Source of the DNA: Squalus acanthias | Lineage: Eukaryota | Direction: 5' to 3' | Assembly (NCBI GenBank): GCA_030390025.1 | Contig: CM059431.1 | Location: forward strand, 111,664,001 to 111,728,000 | DNA: 64,000 nt | Shown: positions 62,316 to 64,000 of the stretch, piece after piece | How the letters are laid out: every line of letters starts with the position of its first letter | Position numbering within the stretch: the stretch's first letter is position 1 | Made by a program: the position numbers and the translations under genes | The notes under the pieces: model-generated | The model's input: the letters and a program-made list of their open reading frames with translations, nothing else | What the model was told of the DNA's origin: nothing | Databases searched by the model: none

Positions 62316-64000
62316 CACAGATTGCAAGATCGTTTATCAAGTGACACTGATACGCCTAAATGATGACTACTTGGCTAGATTTTGTGTTCAATCCAGGATA
62401 AGTCATCGATTTGTTATTCCGTCAGTAAAATCATTAAAGCCAAAAAAGGAGATAAAAATCCCCAGTGGACATGGTATGTTGTACCAGAGATTGGAAATCG
62501 TAACTTGGACAATTCATCACATTTTTGTTCAGGTGAAACTTAATGACAGTGTACATATGCTGTAATTGAGAGACGAGCCTACTATTGCGCAACTTCACTG
62601 CTGGCCAGAAGGTGTCAAGTCAACAAGTCTTATAAGGAGTAAATCCAATGCTCGATAAGTTGTACCGCATTCCAACAGCTGCCATTGCTCTTCAAGATTT
62701 CAAACACTTCCTCCCCTCCCCGCCGCTGTACCTAGTCCTGGGAAATTTTCAACTGTGTTTGGTATACAAGCAGACAGGAGAGCTCTGTGCTCTCACCTGT
62801 TCATTTGGTATTTAAAATGACAGAACTCTTTTCAGGATCGGGCTGTTGGAAGTGTGCACGTCGAGCAGAATCAGAGCTGTTCACACTTGAAGGTAGATAA
62901 CAAATGTGGGTACATGTTTTTTTTTTCTTCAATGACATTTTCTTTGAGAGAAACTCCTGATAATGACACTGGAGATCAGCTGTCTGCTTCGTACAGTACC
63001 TTAGCAGGAAGGTGCAGTCTACGCGTATCAGATGGTTCAAAATTCTTGGTGATCTGCCTCATACTCTGAGTGCAAGGAAATACAAGCCGCCTTTGACAGT
63101 CCCGATATCTGTACCGAACACTACTACCTCTATTTATATCAAACTTGGAATATTACCACTTCTATCATTAACCTTTACCATGCCAACCACACATATAAGC
63201 CATAAGATTCCTACTATATATATATCTCTAGATTCCCAGTACTGGACTGTGTAGTCTTTTAAAAGAAGTAGACCGTGAGCATATCTGTGCAAGGCAGTCT
63301 TAAATTTCACTGAGAGACACAACGACTTTCTCAAGTCCGAACAATTGGACCTCAGCAAGACACCAGATTCAACCTCGAGTCCAGCAGCGGAATCCACTCT
63401 CACAACAAAAGAAATCTGCACCCTACATTTCATTAATTGTAGATTCTACAGTTCAGCGGGCTCAGACATTGTCTGGGAATGTAAGGTCAAAACTGTAGAG
63501 GACTGAGGGCCGTTCCCACACAGTAATTTCAAGACAGTAGGGATCACAGCCCGAAATGGATCAATGACTTTCCAACACAATGGGTGTGAGGAGTGTATCG
63601 ATTATCAAGACAAGCTAACAAATTGCTTATCTCTTGCGGGGGGCGGGGAGGGGGGTGGAAACAACCTCTATCATTATACTAACCATCTTTGCTCTATGTG
63701 CACTTTTTTTTTAATTGAGAGAATACATTTTGCTTTAAAAAAAAAACAAAGTAACTCTTCTTCCAAATCTTTTCTGTGGAAAAATGGTCAAAATGTCAAA
63801 ACAGGACATCCACAATTCCCCACTGCATGAGCGCTCAATGCTTGCTGAGTCCCACTGAGTCCTGCAGAAGTCGAGCACCTCACCAAAGGGACGGGAGGAA
63901 AAAAAGTGACAGACAAGGCTCTTGTTCAACTTATCCACATTTTAAAAGCCGGTTATAGAGACAATGGCAGAGACCAAAAAAGAGTGGTGGAAATAAACAG

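Noticed and set aside
62780..63510. Several short candidate exons near the window end
   Set aside because: Splice-like signals occur on both strands but give no consistent, recognisable reading frame.

Overview
This is repeat-dominated vertebrate nuclear DNA, almost certainly from a shark or other cartilaginous fish. It carries HE1-type V-SINEs, SacSINE1-type DeuSINEs, CR1 and L2 LINEs and Penelope-like elements. I could not identify any host protein-coding exon, so the window looks intronic or intergenic, and nearly all ORFs in the supplied track are transposon fragments or spurious. Main contents: (1) a decayed two-gene PIF/Harbinger transposon (34885-37502) plus three families of Harbinger-type non-autonomous elements with 3-bp target duplications; (2) a 4.4-kb hAT-type element (39482-43858, 8-bp TSD TTCAGGCC) carrying a G-rich minisatellite and a young CR1; (3) two near-identical young CR1 copies with complementary lesions; (4) Penelope-like elements whose ends carry minimal hammerhead-ribozyme motifs with covarying stems, one inside a perfect 60-bp-arm palindrome; (5) many nested SINE/LINE/MITE insertions, including LF-SINE-like relics. 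A few plus-strand AG|GT sites may be recursive splice sites or micro-exons, but this is speculative. Family names come from recalled consensus features, not database searches. Boundaries of decayed repeats are approximate.
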